IMG/VR virus record: IMGVR_UViG_3300030419_008063
Span: 1-59,854 of that record
Reading direction: 5' to 3' (one strand)
Length of the DNA stretch: 59,854 nucleotides
DNA from: a virus
Taxonomy: Duplodnaviria; Caudoviricetes
Below are positions 57,600 to 59,854 of the stretch, in pieces; within the stretch, counting starts at the first letter, position 1; every line of letters begins with the position of its first letter. The notes beneath the pieces are model-generated. The model was not told the DNA's origin. It was given only the letters and a program-made list of their open reading frames with translations, and searched no databases. Position numbers and translations under genes: made by a program.

Positions 57600-59254
57600 T
57601 GGCAATCAAAAGATACACGGCTATAGCTGATAATACAATAACAAATGCTTATAAGAGTGATTTGAGCACTCGTGGCAGCGGCTCAAATATGGGAGCCGCA
57701 GATACAGTGGAGATATTTTCTCTATACGGCCAAGCTTCCGGCACCTCTGGCTTATCCTCAGAATTGTCTAGGGCAATATTGAAATTTCCAATTGCTGGCA
57801 TGCAAACAGATCGTTCAGCCAGCATCATACCTGTCTCCGGAAATGTTAGCTGGTATCTAAGACTGTTCAATGCTCCTCACGCAGAGACCACTCCGAGAAA
57901 TTATCATATGGCTGTTTCTGCACTGGAAAGAGCATGGGATGAGGGTGACGGCCTTGATATGGAGTCCTATTCTGACAAAGGTTATCCGCTGGGCTCCGGC
58001 TCGAACTGGATTTATGCCCGACAAGATAAAAAATGGCAAGCAACGGGCGCAGACTTTGATCCCACGGACGCATCAGGAACTTATACTCAATATTTTGACA
58101 CCGGTGATGAAGATTTAGAAATTGATGTCACTCCCTTGGTAGAGTCATGGATGCATGATAAAAATAGCGCCTTTGCTAGAAGGTTCGATCATGGTATAAT
58201 TGTTTATTTGAGTGGGAATTATGAAGCATATTATTCTGGATCTGTAAAAGCTCGCGGCGGCCAACTAAAAACAGGATCAGAGGGTGAAGAAATTCACAAC
58301 ACCAATGGAGCAAAACGTTCTTATTATACAAAAAAATTCTTTGCTAGAAGTTCTGAATTCTTTTTCAAAAGACCAGTGCTTGAAGCTAGGTGGAATTCTG
58401 CAAAAAAAGATAATAGAGGTAACTTCTTCTACAGCAGCTCTTTAGCGCCTGCGGAGGATAACCTCAACACCTTGTATCTCTATAACTATATAAGAGGTCA
58501 GTTGAGAAATATTCCAAGCTTGGAGAAGACCGGTGGCAAAATCTATGTTTCTCTATTTAGCGGAACAAATCCCGATCAAACTATTTCTCAACAACAGCTC
58601 CATTTAGCAGCAGGAGGCGATGTTGTTGCAGCTTTAGATTTCAATGCAACTGGCGGGCTTGTTTCCACGGGGATATATTCTTGTTCAATTTGTCTTACTG
58701 CGGCTGTTTCTCCTCACACGCAAATATATGATGTTTGGCATGATGGTGCCGGCCCGTCTTATGCGGCAACGCAGTTTTTTACAGGATCAATTTATCCTGA
58801 AAAAATAGAAGCATCAGAGTTTAATCCTACAAACAAATATTACACTTCAATAACAAACTTGAGGCCAACTTATTATACAGATGAGACTGCTAGGTTTAGA
58901 TTATATGTTAGACCAAGAAATTGGAATCCAAATATATACACCAGAGCAGTTAGCACAATTGAATCAAATATGATAGAAAGTGGCGCTTATCAAGTGTATC
59001 GCGTCGCTGACAATCGAACAGTTGTGGATTTTGGCACAGCTAGTTATGCTTCTACACTTGGCAGAGGTGAAGGTTTACATACTCAAATGTCTTATGATAT
59101 ATCCGGAAATTATTTTGATCTGGACATGAGCATGCTTGAGCCGGGATATTCATATGGTTTGAGATTTGCATATTATGATGGAGCTATTAGCTCTTGGCAA
59201 GAGCAGAGAGAATATTTCAAATTTCGAGTAGAAAAGACGAGAGAATTTAACTAA
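57599..59254 (+). CDS. virion structural protein
   Basis: ADNTI, SRAILKF, WDEGDG, DLEIDVT.LVE.W, KKFFARSS...P.LEARW; coupled to gp6. Confidence 0.75.
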   Translation: MAIKRYTAIADNTITNAYKSDLSTRGSGSNMGAADTVEIFSLYGQASGTSGLSSELSRAILKFPIAGMQTDRSASIIPVSGNVSWYLRLFNAPHAETTPRNYHMAVSALERAWDEGDGLDMESYSDKGYPLGSGSNWIYARQDKKWQATGADFDPTDASGTYTQYFDTGDEDLEIDVTPLVESWMHDKNSAFARRFDHGIIVYLSGNYEAYYSGSVKARGGQLKTGSEGEEIHNTNGAKRSYYTKKFFARSSEFFFKRPVLEARWNSAKKDNRGNFFYSSSLAPAEDNLNTLYLYNYIRGQLRNIPSLEKTGGKIYVSLFSGTNPDQTISQQQLHLAAGGDVVAALDFNATGGLVSTGIYSCSICLTAAVSPHTQIYDVWHDGAGPSYAATQFFTGSIYPEKIEASEFNPTNKYYTSITNLRPTYYTDETARFRLYVRPRNWNPNIYTRAVSTIESNMIESGAYQVYRVADNRTVVDFGTASYASTLGRGEGLHTQMSYDISGNYFDLDMSMLEPGYSYGLRFAYYDGAISSWQEQREYFKFRVEKTREFN

Positions 59255-59268
59255 GTCGGAAAAACAAA

Positions 59269-59854
59269 ATGAGTTCGAAAAAATATTTTGATAAAGCAAC
59301 AAAAATCCTAAAACAAAGTGATCTAGAAGCCGTTGGAAAAAAGGTAGAATCTAGAGAATATATTGACAAATATATAGCTCAAAAAGATAGGTACGTTCCT
59401 CCGGTTGATTTTTCATCGGCTTCGAATTTTGCAAGATATGGGTTGGCTAGCAAATATTATGAAGATTCTGTAAAAAGAATTTATAAACAATATCCTTATG
59501 ATGGTTCCAGAAAAGAAAAAATAGAATGGGAGCTAAGCTCTTCCTATTTGGATAAATGGGTTTTTGAAAATGTATATCCCAGAACTCACGGCTGGGCAAA
59601 CATGGGATTCAACTGGGGCGCTTCTAAGTCTACGATTTATGACTATGGAGCACCGGTAACTGCTTCGTATGAATATATTAAGATTAAAGGCGGCCCAAAT
59701 TCAGGATTTGATCCCCATGGGGACAGAACTCCTGAGTCGTTATCTGGATCTAAAGGCATAAGATATGATAATGTAAATATTTACGACGAAGCAAAAAATA
59801 GGACTTCAAATTTAAAATTCAATCTAAGTGGAGCTTTCAGCGGTAGCGACAATG
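59269..59854 (+). CDS. large virion/baseplate protein (partial, runs off the window)
   Basis: MSSKKYFDK...PPVDFSSASNFARYGLA..YY...YPYDGS, open to the window end. Confidence 0.75.
   Translation, partial: MSSKKYFDKATKILKQSDLEAVGKKVESREYIDKYIAQKDRYVPPVDFSSASNFARYGLASKYYEDSVKRIYKQYPYDGSRKEKIEWELSSSYLDKWVFENVYPRTHGWANMGFNWGASKSTIYDYGAPVTASYEYIKIKGGPNSGFDPHGDRTPESLSGSKGIRYDNVNIYDEAKNRTSNLKFNLSGAFSGSDN

Noticed and set aside
5253-58118. Many 60-140-aa antisense or out-of-frame ORFs in the track
   Set aside because: Shadows of longer motif-bearing genes, with no SD or recognisable motifs
1-59854. Stop-codon reassignment
   Set aside because: TAA, TAG and TGA all end well-formed genes and long ORFs are intact in the standard code

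Overview
This AT-rich 59.9-kb window is part of a large lytic myovirus (jumbo/T4-superfamily-like) genome in the standard genetic code. From left to right it holds: (1) small genes behind a consensus sigma70 promoter and a low-complexity non-coding junction (about 1-1.35 kb); (2) LamG and S74-chaperone tail-fibre genes flanking an operon with an HPPD-like VOC dioxygenase and a homologue of the myxobacterial gliding-motility protein CglF/GltF; (3) modular putative head-cargo proteins (pol-beta-type nucleotidyltransferase, HExxH peptidases, a ligase-fold/HIGH-cytidylyltransferase fusion), a Fis-like protein, a trypsin lipoprotein, PhoH-PIN and a Cas4-like nuclease; (4) a 23.5-kb, 24-gene glycan biosynthesis and tailoring cluster with no flippase, polymerase or initiating transferase; (5) a phage sigma-like factor and baseplate/virion genes (lysozyme-bearing hub, spike, 2813-aa protein, gp25, gp6). 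The main leads are the phage cglF (pointing to a Myxococcota/Bdellovibrionota-type host), the exporter-less nonulosonate glycosylation island, two candidate structured RNAs, a recurrent CTA(T/A/G)TTA phage promoter motif, and a 33-bp duplicated gene start marking an inserted dioxygenase. All protein calls come from motifs recognised by eye; no database search was run.
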